Positions 28,878 to 38,158 of a stretch of 64,000 nucleotides of DNA are shown piece by piece (position 1 is the first letter of the stretch; each line of letters opens with the position of its first letter). The notes beneath the pieces were generated by a model. That model was not told the origin of the DNA and ran no database searches. It saw only the letters and a list, made by a program, of their open reading frames with translations. A program made the position numbers and the translations under genes. Origin of the DNA: a virus (Duplodnaviria; Caudoviricetes); IMG/VR virus record IMGVR_UViG_3300027996_003878; one strand, given 5' to 3'.

Positions 28878-29657
28878 TTAAGAATTAATTATATCATGAA
28901 CTTTTGCAGAATTAATAGCGGCTTGAATATCAGTTTTCTTCACAATATTAAAATCTGCCTTATTGCGTTGTACAAATTTATGCAGCATCAATATAGATTC
29001 ATTACTTATCCCTGAATTCATTATATTAAGAAGCTCTGAGGGTTTTAGTTGAATGAGTTCAGGGTTTTTGGCTAGCAATCGCGTAAGCTTTTTTTTAAAA
29101 TTATTTCTTTCTCTTTTAGAGTTTTTTTTCTTATGCGCATTTAGGATGCTTTTCGCGTTGAGTGTGAGGCAGTCCCATTCCTGATCTGTTATTGACTTAA
29201 AAGTTTTTAATTTTTCATGAAGTCCTTCAGAGAAAACTTCATAAAGATCTTCTAAGTATAAAGGGTTAATTCTTCCAGAAAGAAGAACCCTTCCAATATA
29301 AAAGTTTGTTAAAATATTATTCTTGCCTATTGAATCTATTTTGAACTTTCCCTTGATAGGAATGTATTTATTTTTTGTATATAAAAATAATTGAGGGCAA
29401 ATATACAAATTGTCTATTTCAATATATTGTGCGTCTGGTTTTATTCTTAATATTTTTGGATTTGCTTTTTTAATATCGCAATTGAGTAAAAACTTTCTTA
29501 TGACGTATAATTCATCATAACTCTCTCTAATAGCCGACTCCATATGAGAGGTGTAATGGCTTCTGACAGAGGTATATGTTTTTTTTGACCTATTTCTATA
29601 TTTTAAAGCAGCTAAGTGGCATGCTTCTACTATTTTGTCAAATTGCTGATCATCCAT
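28878..29657 (-). CDS. Hypothetical protein with shared C-terminal motif
   Basis: Ends DIQAAINSAKVHDIINS. Confidence 0.7.
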   Translation of the reverse strand: MDDQQFDKIVEACHLAALKYRNRSKKTYTSVRSHYTSHMESAIRESYDELYVIRKFLLNCDIKKANPKILRIKPDAQYIEIDNLYICPQLFLYTKNKYIPIKGKFKIDSIGKNNILTNFYIGRVLLSGRINPLYLEDLYEVFSEGLHEKLKTFKSITDQEWDCLTLNAKSILNAHKKKNSKRERNNFKKKLTRLLAKNPELIQLKPSELLNIMNSGISNESILMLHKFVQRNKADFNIVKKTDIQAAINSAKVHDIINS

Positions 29658-29719
29658 AATTACGATATATAAACTTCAGATTATATGAAGATATATATCG
29701 CAATGTAATAAAAAATAGT

Positions 29720-31132
29720 TCAAGGGTTCTTGTATTTAAGAGGCACAACCCTTCCAAAGCTGGGTTGGAATGAAGCCAGATCAGTGCATAAAACCCAAAC
29801 TACATCGCATGGGGGCCTTAGTGATTTGGGTATGTGAGGGAGATAGCCGTCAGTTAAAACAATTATAACATCAAAATCTGTTCCTAAGCGGCTTGGAAAG
29901 TCTTGAAAAAATTCATCAAATACAGTTCCACCTCGGCCGATAATCTTAACGGACTTAAGATCTTCTACATTAGATATAGACGTAACGTTGTTCCAATGAA
30001 CTTTAGCGTCAACGGGAACTACAAACCCTTCAGATGTTGAGCCCAAAATTTGGAGCTGTGATACCGCATAAACGATGTCATTAATTGACATTGAAGCTGA
30101 TGTATCTAAAAGGGCAAGCCACCGGGGTTTAAATCCATGTTTCTGTGGAATGTATTGTTTTGGATCACCTTCAATCCATCTCTTTCTAAATCTTTTCCAA
30201 TTATTTCTTTGAGCTAATTGGTTTTCTTTTCTCATTAGTGATGAGCGAACTAAATCAGTAAATTTAACTCTTGGCTTTTCTAAACTGCCAATAATATCTT
30301 CAATTTCATTAGGCACAGAGCCTGCTATGCGCTTTACTTGCTCAGCGGCACGGCGAATGTCTTGCAATACTTCGTTTTTTGAAAGGGCCTGCTCGATATG
30401 GCTATCTATCGATGAAAGGGGATCATGCTCGATACCACATTCAGGGCATGCCTTTGGGTTGCTTGTATCAGCACGAGGCAATAAATTACCATCTTTATCT
30501 TTTGTTAATCTCTCACATGTATTGCATTTTCTTGGACTTTTATTCCATTGTTTTTTTATGTCATCATAAAGATCTTCTGGCGATCTTCCGTGGATTTTTT
30601 TGTCAGAAAAAATTGCCTTTTCTGGCAACTCACAGTCCCCATTTATGTGGGAAAGTAAAGCGTCAAAAGAAACTGGGGTGCCTAAATTTCCTCCCCATAA
30701 TTGAGAAGATCTTTTATTTTTATCATGTTCAATTTCAATTATTGTATTTACAATATAATCAACACAAATATTAAATATTCTTCTATTTTTGTCTAATCCT
30801 CTTTTGGTGTGAAAAAATACCACATGGTATGACTCATGCTCCATTACAATGGAGACCTCATCTAAACTAAGAGACTCTAAAAAATCTGGATTCCAAAAAA
30901 ACTTTTTACCGTCAGTTGCAGCTGTAGTGAATGGCATACCGAGGCCAGGTAGGGTGATGGCTAATTCATGCTCCTTGGGTGCAATTAAAGAAAACAAAAA
31001 TGGGTTGCCTCCCTTTTTTGGATCCCTAAAAAGTTTAGTCATTGCTACAGATATTTTTTCCTGTAACTTTTTAAGTCTTTTTCTATCTTCAACACAATTG
31101 TGAGGGTCTTTTAGTCTAGTGACATTTGACAT
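29720..31132 (-). CDS. DUF2201-type protein: HExxH metallopeptidase-like domain plus VWA
   Basis: TAATDG..FWNPDF, MEHESYH, LLDTSASMS (MIDAS), GRGGT, VLTDG; Cys-rich insert. Confidence 0.88.
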   Translation of the reverse strand: MSNVTRLKDPHNCVEDRKRLKKLQEKISVAMTKLFRDPKKGGNPFLFSLIAPKEHELAITLPGLGMPFTTAATDGKKFFWNPDFLESLSLDEVSIVMEHESYHVVFFHTKRGLDKNRRIFNICVDYIVNTIIEIEHDKNKRSSQLWGGNLGTPVSFDALLSHINGDCELPEKAIFSDKKIHGRSPEDLYDDIKKQWNKSPRKCNTCERLTKDKDGNLLPRADTSNPKACPECGIEHDPLSSIDSHIEQALSKNEVLQDIRRAAEQVKRIAGSVPNEIEDIIGSLEKPRVKFTDLVRSSLMRKENQLAQRNNWKRFRKRWIEGDPKQYIPQKHGFKPRWLALLDTSASMSINDIVYAVSQLQILGSTSEGFVVPVDAKVHWNNVTSISNVEDLKSVKIIGRGGTVFDEFFQDFPSRLGTDFDVIIVLTDGYLPHIPKSLRPPCDVVWVLCTDLASFQPSFGRVVPLKYKNP

Positions 31133-31140
31133 TAGCTATC

Positions 31141-32259
31141 TTAAGACTTTCTTTGATCTTTTCTAATTTTAATAAATACTGGTAAAAATTCAGGAAATTT
31201 TTCAACATCAGAGAGTTCATTGTCATTAAGAATTTTACTATTGAAAGTATTTTTAACAGCGGCAAGGGAGAATTCACTTGGCAATTCATTTAACCAAACA
31301 AAAACATTTTTAACATATTTTTGTAACTTTTTTGTATGTGCCTCTTTTGCTTTTTTTGATTGTGGCGTCTCTTGGCAAAGGGAAGATACCGCTCCGGCCG
31401 CTGCTAGCGCGCAAACCAAAACTCGGTCAACTGTCATTTCTTCAGTATTTGGCTTAACCCCCTCTTGAACTAGCAAGTCAATTTGAGGAGAGATGTGCCT
31501 ATAATGCTCAAGCCAAACTTGAAATTTAACAGCTGCGCTTTCGCCAACATGACCCGCTACTAGAAGGGCCTTCATTCCCACTGAGTCTTCTTCAGAGGAT
31601 TTATCTAAATCGTATGCTGCCGAAGTCCAGCCGCGAGGAGAGCAGTGATTGTAGGCCGTGGCATCGCCTTCAGGCGCTGGCCTGAGAAGGTAATCCTGGT
31701 TTCTGCTTAAAAAGCCAACGACTAAGTTATTAATTCCTGAGTCAACAGCCCAGGCTCGCCACGGCTCAAAGGCGCATCCCACTTTGTATACCTTGCACCT
31801 GTTGGTCAAAGCGTGTGACATGGCTTTAGAAAAAGCGTGCTCGTCTGGCAGATTGGCTGTAGCAATTGATGAAGAAATATTTAATTTAGTAGAGTCTAAA
31901 GATCTAAACTGCAAAAGCTCTAAAAGAGGGTTTTGAAGATCAGGAGCCGCTTTATCCAACTCATCAAGCAACAAGACGCTTTTTGGACTTTCGCTACCAT
32001 CCAAAGGAAAGCATTGCGGTAATGCATATTTGGTGACATTACCATCTCTATATGGAAGTCCAATTAGGTCAGGACTTTCTTTTACTGTCAAATTTAAATA
32101 TATTTCTTTTTTATTTAAAGACTTAATAACTTGTTGAGCCATTTGAGTCTTACCAACACCAGAAGGCCCAATTATTAAAATATTCCCACCGGTCTTAATA
32201 TTAAATTTATAAAGATCTTCTAATGTTTCTTGGTCTATCTCTCGAATATCTGTTAACAT
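31141..32259 (-). CDS. MoxR/AAA_5-like AAA+ ATPase
   Basis: GPSGVGKT, LLLDELDK, ATAN, ALTNR, SPRGW. Confidence 0.88.
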   Translation of the reverse strand: MLTDIREIDQETLEDLYKFNIKTGGNILIIGPSGVGKTQMAQQVIKSLNKKEIYLNLTVKESPDLIGLPYRDGNVTKYALPQCFPLDGSESPKSVLLLDELDKAAPDLQNPLLELLQFRSLDSTKLNISSSIATANLPDEHAFSKAMSHALTNRCKVYKVGCAFEPWRAWAVDSGINNLVVGFLSRNQDYLLRPAPEGDATAYNHCSPRGWTSAAYDLDKSSEEDSVGMKALLVAGHVGESAAVKFQVWLEHYRHISPQIDLLVQEGVKPNTEEMTVDRVLVCALAAAGAVSSLCQETPQSKKAKEAHTKKLQKYVKNVFVWLNELPSEFSLAAVKNTFNSKILNDNELSDVEKFPEFLPVFIKIRKDQRKS

Positions 32260-32336
32260 TTACTACTTCTTTCAAAAAAAATATAAATTTACGATTATAT
32301 CTTTTAACATAATCTTAAAAATGAAATATATTTTTA

Positions 32337-33104
32337 CTAACCATACATTACATCAAAGATCTTCCTGTAAGCTAAGATTCTATCGAACAATCTTGTTTGT
32401 ATGATATTCTCTTCTATCAAATATTTTGTCATTAAATGATAAGAATCTTTAATGTAGGTTGGCTGATTAGCGGACTTATTCCTCGCATTCCTCTTCTTAT
32501 CTGATTTGGGAATTACACTTAAATAAGCAATTGTTTTAGCTATTTTAGATATATCTGCATCATTATTTGCCCTAGACGTTGTCGCTTTTATATAGCCTTT
32601 GGGAACCCACGACTTTCTACCTTCCATGATCCAGAAATGAGACGCATAAGTTAAGTCTAATTTTGTACATGCCTTCAAAAAGTGTATATGTCCAAAATTG
32701 ACGGTTTGTCTTTCGCTCGATATTAGTAATTCATCATTTTGAGTACAAAAATTTAATTTATCAAAATCAATGCTAAAGCTTGAAATAAAGCGCTTGCCAC
32801 GATACCGATAACTAAAAACTGGCTCATTAATTTTTACAGTAATATTGTTGTTACAAGTATGACGTTTAAAATAATTTTCGCAAACGTTGTATCTTTTTGA
32901 AAGAGATATGAAATCCAACTTGTAGTGATTTTTAAAGGGGCGAGATATTGTTGGGAATTTTCTCTTTGGATCAAATTCTTCTTCTTCAATTTCATTGAGT
33001 GCTTTTTTAGCAATCTCCCCAAATCTAACAAGCCTCTTCAGGTCTTTGATTTTACCTTTAATATAAGAATCATCCTTTTGATTGTTAACGTTAAAATTAT
33101 ACAT
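32337..33104 (-). CDS. Hypothetical protein
   Basis: 255-aa ORF upstream of the AAA gene; ends RKIFDVMYG. Confidence 0.7.
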   Translation of the reverse strand: MYNFNVNNQKDDSYIKGKIKDLKRLVRFGEIAKKALNEIEEEEFDPKRKFPTISRPFKNHYKLDFISLSKRYNVCENYFKRHTCNNNITVKINEPVFSYRYRGKRFISSFSIDFDKLNFCTQNDELLISSERQTVNFGHIHFLKACTKLDLTYASHFWIMEGRKSWVPKGYIKATTSRANNDADISKIAKTIAYLSVIPKSDKKRNARNKSANQPTYIKDSYHLMTKYLIEENIIQTRLFDRILAYRKIFDVMYG

Positions 33105-33153
33105 AATTTATCTAATTTTTGTAAATTTATACAGCAGATCTTTCTTAATATAA

Positions 33154-33474
33154 TCATCTAGGAGTAAATGTCAATTTTTTTTTATTATATTTTCTCACCT
33201 TTATCATGGTAACATGTATATCTGAGAGAAGGCTGTTTTTCAATTCATTTTCATGCAAGTCGCAAGAGAAGTTTATAAAAGCCTCACCTTCATCATTTTC
33301 AATAAAAAATATTTTAACAGGCTCACAAGAGCACTTCATGCATTTGGGAATCAATACACTTGAGAGTTTGTTATTTAATTTATTTATTTCATTTCGGAAT
33401 TCTTCAGCTCTATTTTCAGCTACAATTTTTTCTGTTTGCAGTGAGCGACATGACCAGCAATTATCCATAAGCAA
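33154..33474 (-). CDS. Cys-rich coiled-coil hypothetical protein
   Basis: CWSC, CMKC, CDLH motifs. Confidence 0.6.
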   Translation of the reverse strand: MLMDNCWSCRSLQTEKIVAENRAEEFRNEINKLNNKLSSVLIPKCMKCSCEPVKIFFIENDEGEAFINFSCDLHENELKNSLLSDIHVTMIKVRKYNKKKLTFTPR

Positions 33475-33479
33475 CCTCG

Positions 33480-34169
33480 TTAATCTATATCCATAGTGCT
33501 TTTTATTAGATATTCACTTACAGCCATTTTTATTACATCTTTGCCTAAAGACTTGTGTCTTTCAACGACTTCTTGTATTTTTTTTATAGCGTTACTCTCA
33601 ATAAATTTATTTAATTTTTTTTTAAATACCTCAGAGCTAATTATTAAATCCATTTTTTCTTTAATTTTATCATAATAATCCATAAGCTCATCTTGCTTTA
33701 ATTCAAAAATATAACTTACAAGCCAGCTGTAAAACGATCTTTGATATCTAGGCTTTGTCTTTTTGTTTATAGATCCGCCTTTTAAGATGATATCTTTTCT
33801 TAATTTTAAACGTATATTACTAATGCTATTATTAATGATAATATCACAGTCATCATGCGTGAAAATTAATCCAGAAATAATATTTTGTTTTATATAAATT
33901 AATTTGTCTAAAAATGAAGTGTATTGCTGGTAAGGGAGGTAATATGTTTTATTTTTTTGAAAAATTTTAAATTTGACAGAAACATTGTGTTCTTTTGAAA
34001 TAGAGTGCAGGGTTCTGTCTGGAAGAAATTGATAATCAATTAAATTATAATTCTTTAGTTTTGTATCTATTTCTTTTAATAAATTACGACCATGAGCTGA
34101 TCTTAATAGTAATGATTTATAAGCTATCTCATAGTTATTTTTAGGCTTAATTTTATTAAGGCCTGACAT
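33480..34169 (-). CDS. Hypothetical protein, tandem paralog 1
   Basis: SFYSW...IISSEVF...AIKKIQEVVERHKSLGKDVIKMAV. Confidence 0.75.
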   Translation of the reverse strand: MSGLNKIKPKNNYEIAYKSLLLRSAHGRNLLKEIDTKLKNYNLIDYQFLPDRTLHSISKEHNVSVKFKIFQKNKTYYLPYQQYTSFLDKLIYIKQNIISGLIFTHDDCDIIINNSISNIRLKLRKDIILKGGSINKKTKPRYQRSFYSWLVSYIFELKQDELMDYYDKIKEKMDLIISSEVFKKKLNKFIESNAIKKIQEVVERHKSLGKDVIKMAVSEYLIKSTMDID

Positions 34170-34241
34170 ATATATAAATATTTAATTATTAATAGCTCTA
34201 TATCCTTGTAATTAGTGTAAAAAAAATAATATTAGTAATTA

Positions 34242-34856
34242 TTAATAAAGATCATTTATATCAAGATAGGGTAAGAGCCCTCTCCTGATAACGCTAGGAT
34301 CCAGCGAATCATATTCCATCAACACGCTTACAATATCATCAATAGCAATCTTTTTAATACTTTCTTTTTCTTTAGCTAAGTACTCTTCAGATTTGATAAT
34401 CTTTTTTATTTCAGATTCAATAAATAAATCTTTTTTATTAATGATATCTCTTAAATCTTCGTTTAGCGCTCCAATAAACCAATTGAAGAAAGATCCCTGT
34501 CGTCTTGAGCCGTATGTGGTTGAAACCATTCCACCATGAAGTATAGTGGTTTTTTTACAATTGTAGCTTGGGACGTCAACATTCATGTGATTTCTAACAA
34601 TGTCATTGACATTAGTGATCTTTATCAATCTCCAAAGAGGAATTGTAAAGTAATATTTATAAGCCTCAAATAACTTATACCCATAGCTAATAAAAAAAAC
34701 TGGAACAACAGGTGTGTTATTGTTGTCCCAGCCTCTAAAGTCATACTTGACTATGCTCATTTTATCTATATTGTCACGTACCTTACGCCTCAGCGCCTTT
34801 GAAGTTGATGTATTAAATAATGATTCAAATAATAAATCGTAATTGTTTTTTCGCAT
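34242..34856 (-). CDS. Hypothetical protein, tandem paralog 2
   Basis: SFFNW...IIKSEEY...AIDDIVSVLMEYDSLDPSVIRRGL. Confidence 0.75.
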   Translation of the reverse strand: MRKNNYDLLFESLFNTSTSKALRRKVRDNIDKMSIVKYDFRGWDNNNTPVVPVFFISYGYKLFEAYKYYFTIPLWRLIKITNVNDIVRNHMNVDVPSYNCKKTTILHGGMVSTTYGSRRQGSFFNWFIGALNEDLRDIINKKDLFIESEIKKIIKSEEYLAKEKESIKKIAIDDIVSVLMEYDSLDPSVIRRGLLPYLDINDLY

Positions 34857-34942
34857 AAATAACCAATATTTTAATTTTATTAAAATAATTTAATAAAACA
34901 ATAATAATTAATTAATTGCGATTTTATTGATAATTTTAAATA

Positions 34943-35779
34943 TTAATCTTCTAAAACATCATATAATATATATTTATTTACTGCGCGCTCTATTTCTTTT
35001 TTATTTAAAAAGTCATATCTTTTTAATAACTTAATTATATCGTTTGTAGCTATATTTTTAAATCCATCAATACATTTAGATTTAAAATTGTCGCCGCTTA
35101 GTATTTTTAAAATTGATTCACATATATATAATGTCTTTTCTTCAATGCTATTAAGAAAAGACATTTCTTTAAAAAATTGCATCGTTGACCAGTGCAAAAA
35201 AGAATTTACTGTTGGCCCCCATTTAGATCCGTTTAGGATTGTATCTTTTTTGCATTTTTTTAATAATTTACTAATATCTTTTTTTTCTAAAATATTGATA
35301 ATGTATGGCTCAAAGCCTTTGCAATGTCTGAATAATTGAGTTGAGCTTACAACTTTCACATATGATGACTTCCACAATCGAGTGTCAGGCAGATCAACTA
35401 AGGCATAACCTCCGTCTGTTCCAAGTCTTTCGCGCAAATTTATATTACTGCCATCACTCTTGATGTCAAAAGAAATCATAAAATCAATATCAAATCCGCT
35501 CTTAGTAGGTTGCAGATTTGACCGTCCTAATATTGTTCTATTTTTTAAATTAATACTAGGGCTGTCCTTTTTATTTTTGATATTTTTAAGGTCTACTTTT
35601 GATTTAAATATAAAATTAACCCCAATAATAAAATGTTTTTCATAGAGTGAAGGTGCATGTATTTTGAAATTATAATTTGAAAGTTTTATGTTTTTTAAAC
35701 TTTGATAAAAAATATCTCGAATTGCTTGACCCTCTTCGGTCAAAAGCATTCTGTTATAAAGCTTAAGATAATAGCTCAT
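34943..35779 (-). CDS. Hypothetical protein, tandem paralog 3
   Basis: SFLHW...ILSGDNF...ATNDIIKLLKRYDFLNKKEIERAV. Confidence 0.75.
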   Translation of the reverse strand: MSYYLKLYNRMLLTEEGQAIRDIFYQSLKNIKLSNYNFKIHAPSLYEKHFIIGVNFIFKSKVDLKNIKNKKDSPSINLKNRTILGRSNLQPTKSGFDIDFMISFDIKSDGSNINLRERLGTDGGYALVDLPDTRLWKSSYVKVVSSTQLFRHCKGFEPYIINILEKKDISKLLKKCKKDTILNGSKWGPTVNSFLHWSTMQFFKEMSFLNSIEEKTLYICESILKILSGDNFKSKCIDGFKNIATNDIIKLLKRYDFLNKKEIERAVNKYILYDVLED

Positions 35780-35795
35780 ATTTACTTAAATATAA

Positions 35796-36221
35796 TTAAT
35801 TGAAGCTCTTAGATGATCTTGGAGGCTCCTGAGAGTTTAGATTAACTGTTTGAAATAAGGAGCTTTGGAAAACAACATTAGATTCTAAATTCTTTTTACC
35901 CTGACAGGAGATAACTTCGATGGGAACAAGGGATTCATAGGGATCTTTTGAAAATAATTCAGCTAGTGGAATTATGTTGCTGGAATTCAACTCTTTATCT
36001 TCTAAAATAGCACACAGGACCAGCTTATTTTTTTCTGACTTCTGATCTTTACACAGAACAACCGAGAGACCGCTATCAGCAGAAAGCTTATTCAAAAGTC
36101 TTAAGAAGCTATGTAAATGCGGTTTTTTGTCATTGATGTCTTGCACAGTGAATTTCCTTTGCGGGGTACCTAGATACAAGGTAGACCGTTGTAGTTGTAT
36201 GTGGTTACACAGTAAGCACAT
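35796..36221 (-). CDS. Hypothetical protein
   Basis: 141-aa ORF; true start may be downstream. Confidence 0.55.
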   Translation of the reverse strand: MCLLCNHIQLQRSTLYLGTPQRKFTVQDINDKKPHLHSFLRLLNKLSADSGLSVVLCKDQKSEKNKLVLCAILEDKELNSSNIIPLAELFSKDPYESLVPIEVISCQGKKNLESNVVFQSSLFQTVNLNSQEPPRSSKSFN

Positions 36222-36250
36222 ACTTAATCAGTGTCAAATTGATATCAAAA

Positions 36251-36421
36251 CTACAGAAATCTCTTTAAATCAGATTTTCGAAACCTCGAAGGGGCTCCTA
36301 AGAGATCATCCTCTTTGCCCTCCGAATGTCCTATTTGATAAAAATGGTCGTTTGGAAGTTTAACATCATTCCCTTCGTAACCATCAATATAACCGACAAG
36401 ATATCTCGCAAATGGCGTCAC
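36251..36421 (-). CDS. Small protein not in ORF track (56 aa)
   Basis: GTG start; MTPFARYLVGYIDGYEG...YQIGHSEGKEDD, with a GYxDGY-type motif. Confidence 0.55.
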   Translation of the reverse strand: MTPFARYLVGYIDGYEGNDVKLPNDHFYQIGHSEGKEDDLLGAPSRFRKSDLKRFL

Positions 36422-36491
36422 GTAGGTATGTCATTTTATAGACATTAAAATTATTTTTAAAGTGACAAAGTTGTAGGGGGGTATAAACAAA

Positions 36492-36671
36492 TTATTTGTT
36501 TGAAATATTTTTAGCAACATTTTGAATATATTTTATATTCCAATCAATTTTCTCTGATATTTCATTGTTCATAAATAAGTATAAAACATCATTCCAAGAG
36601 TCAATTACATCAGCAATATTGTATAGATTTATTGATAAATTGCGCGCTACTTGTTTTTTATTTTTATGCAT
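36492..36671 (-). CDS. Small protein not in ORF track (59 aa)
   Basis: MHKNKKQVARNLSINLYNIADVIDSW...; fills the gap in the minus-strand string. Confidence 0.5.
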   Translation of the reverse strand: MHKNKKQVARNLSINLYNIADVIDSWNDVLYLFMNNEISEKIDWNIKYIQNVAKNISNK

Positions 36672-36679
36672 TTTTAATT

Positions 36680-36877
36680 TTAATTAATGTTAAAATTGTT
36701 TGGAATCACATAAAAGCCGTAACATTTACTTTTGTCATGAAGATCACGATAACGGTAATGGCAAGATATATTAGTTTTATCATTACCTTTTAATTTTTTA
36801 ATAAATTGTTTTGTAAAAGAAATATTTGTCTTGTGTCCACATAAGTCGCATTTCATCGTAATGATAAAGTTATCCAT
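36680..36877 (-). CDS. Small Zn-ribbon-like protein
   Basis: CDLCGH...C...C. Confidence 0.55.
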   Translation of the reverse strand: MDNFIITMKCDLCGHKTNISFTKQFIKKLKGNDKTNISCHYRYRDLHDKSKCYGFYVIPNNFNIN

Positions 36878-36882
36878 TTTAC

Positions 36883-37158
36883 TTAATGCGATATTGTTTT
36901 CTTGTTGGTATCTTTCTCATCTGCGATTTGCGCCTCTTCATCAAGACGACTGGCGATGCTGCCTGATTTTTTGTGGAGAGAGGATACTGACTCTTTTTGC
37001 CAAGGCGCTGTCAAAGCCCAGCGAAAATCTTGGATCGCTCTTGATAATCCTGGGTGGTTTTGAGATTTTGCCTGTCTCTCTAAGTGAATAAATTTTTCAC
37101 GCGCCATTTCCAATTCTGAAAAAATCTCATTTACTTTTTGTGTCCAGTTTTTTTTCAT
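36883..37158 (-). CDS. Hypothetical protein
   Basis: 91-aa ORF downstream of the structured element. Confidence 0.65.
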   Translation of the reverse strand: MKKNWTQKVNEIFSELEMAREKFIHLERQAKSQNHPGLSRAIQDFRWALTAPWQKESVSSLHKKSGSIASRLDEEAQIADEKDTNKKTISH

Positions 37159-37185
37159 TATAAATACTACTTAAATTAAAAAATT

Positions 37186-37287
37186 AAATAAAAACCCTGG
37201 TGAGTGAAGTTATAAAAATAAACAGCCGGAAGGAGGGCAGCTAAAATTAAAAAGGCCACTCACCAGGGTGCTGCAAACGAAAAGGAT
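37186..37287 (-). ncRNA. Candidate small RNA or leader with a 13-bp closing stem and anti-SD loop (ends approximate)
   Basis: Perfect inverted repeat 37194-37206 / 37257-37269, followed by a U-tract; TTGACA-16-TATTAT promoter at 37294-37321; loop contains CCCUCCUUCC. Confidence 0.5.
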
Positions 37288-37418
37288 AAATCAATAATAA
37301 TCAGGGGCCTTAAAGTGTCAAGCGCTTACTAAAGTTTTTATTTTTAAATTAATTAAAATATCTTTAATACTTTTGAAGTAAGCATTTTTGTATATTACTG
37401 GTTATATTATTATTTGCT

Positions 37419-38156
37419 ATGGTGGACTCTAAATCTAGAAGCTTTTTAAAAGCAATAACGTGGAGAATTTTTGCGGTCATTCTTTTAATGTTAGTTTCGT
37501 TTGCTTTAACTCGCAGCATTAAAACGGTAACCTATATCACTTTACTTTATCATTCAATTCAAATATTTATGTTTTACTTACACGAACAACTTTGGAATTA
37601 TATAAAATGGGGCAAAACAAGAGGCTTGTTTGTTCAAATGACTGGCTTGAGCGGAGCTGGCAAGACTACTTTAGCTCAAGCGCTTGCGGAAAAATTAAGA
37701 AAGCAAGGCTACAAAATAGAAATAATTGACGGCGATGAGTATCGTGAGGGGATTTGTAAGGACCTTGGTTTTTCAAAGCAAGATCGTTGCACAAATATAC
37801 GACGTCTAGGTTTTGTTGGTAAGGTTTTAGCAAGAAATAATGTAATCGCAATTATGTCTGCAATTAATCCTTATGATGAAGTTAGAAATGAGCTAACTTC
37901 TATGGGAGAATTTGTAAGAACCGTGCATGTTAAATGTGACATTGAAACGCTAAAAAAGCGTGATACAAAAGGGCTTTATGCAAGGGCTCTACTGCCTGAT
38001 GGAGATCCCAATAAGGTCCACAATTTTACAGGCATATCTGATCCATTTGAAGAGCCTACTAGCGCAGATCTCACAATTGAGACCAACAAAGAAGAAATGG
38101 AAGCTTCTTTGAAGAAGCTTCATGAATTTGTTCTAAGAGAAGCGGGCTCTAAATAA
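37419..38156 (+). CDS. cysC: DUF2061 membrane domain fused to adenylyl-sulfate kinase
   Basis: SRSFLKAITWRI...HEQLW (DUF2061), then MTGLSGAGKTT, IDGD, NIRRLG, FTGISDPFEEP. Confidence 0.9.
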   Translation: MVDSKSRSFLKAITWRIFAVILLMLVSFALTRSIKTVTYITLLYHSIQIFMFYLHEQLWNYIKWGKTRGLFVQMTGLSGAGKTTLAQALAEKLRKQGYKIEIIDGDEYREGICKDLGFSKQDRCTNIRRLGFVGKVLARNNVIAIMSAINPYDEVRNELTSMGEFVRTVHVKCDIETLKKRDTKGLYARALLPDGDPNKVHNFTGISDPFEEPTSADLTIETNKEEMEASLKKLHEFVLREAGSK

Positions 38157-38158
38157 AA

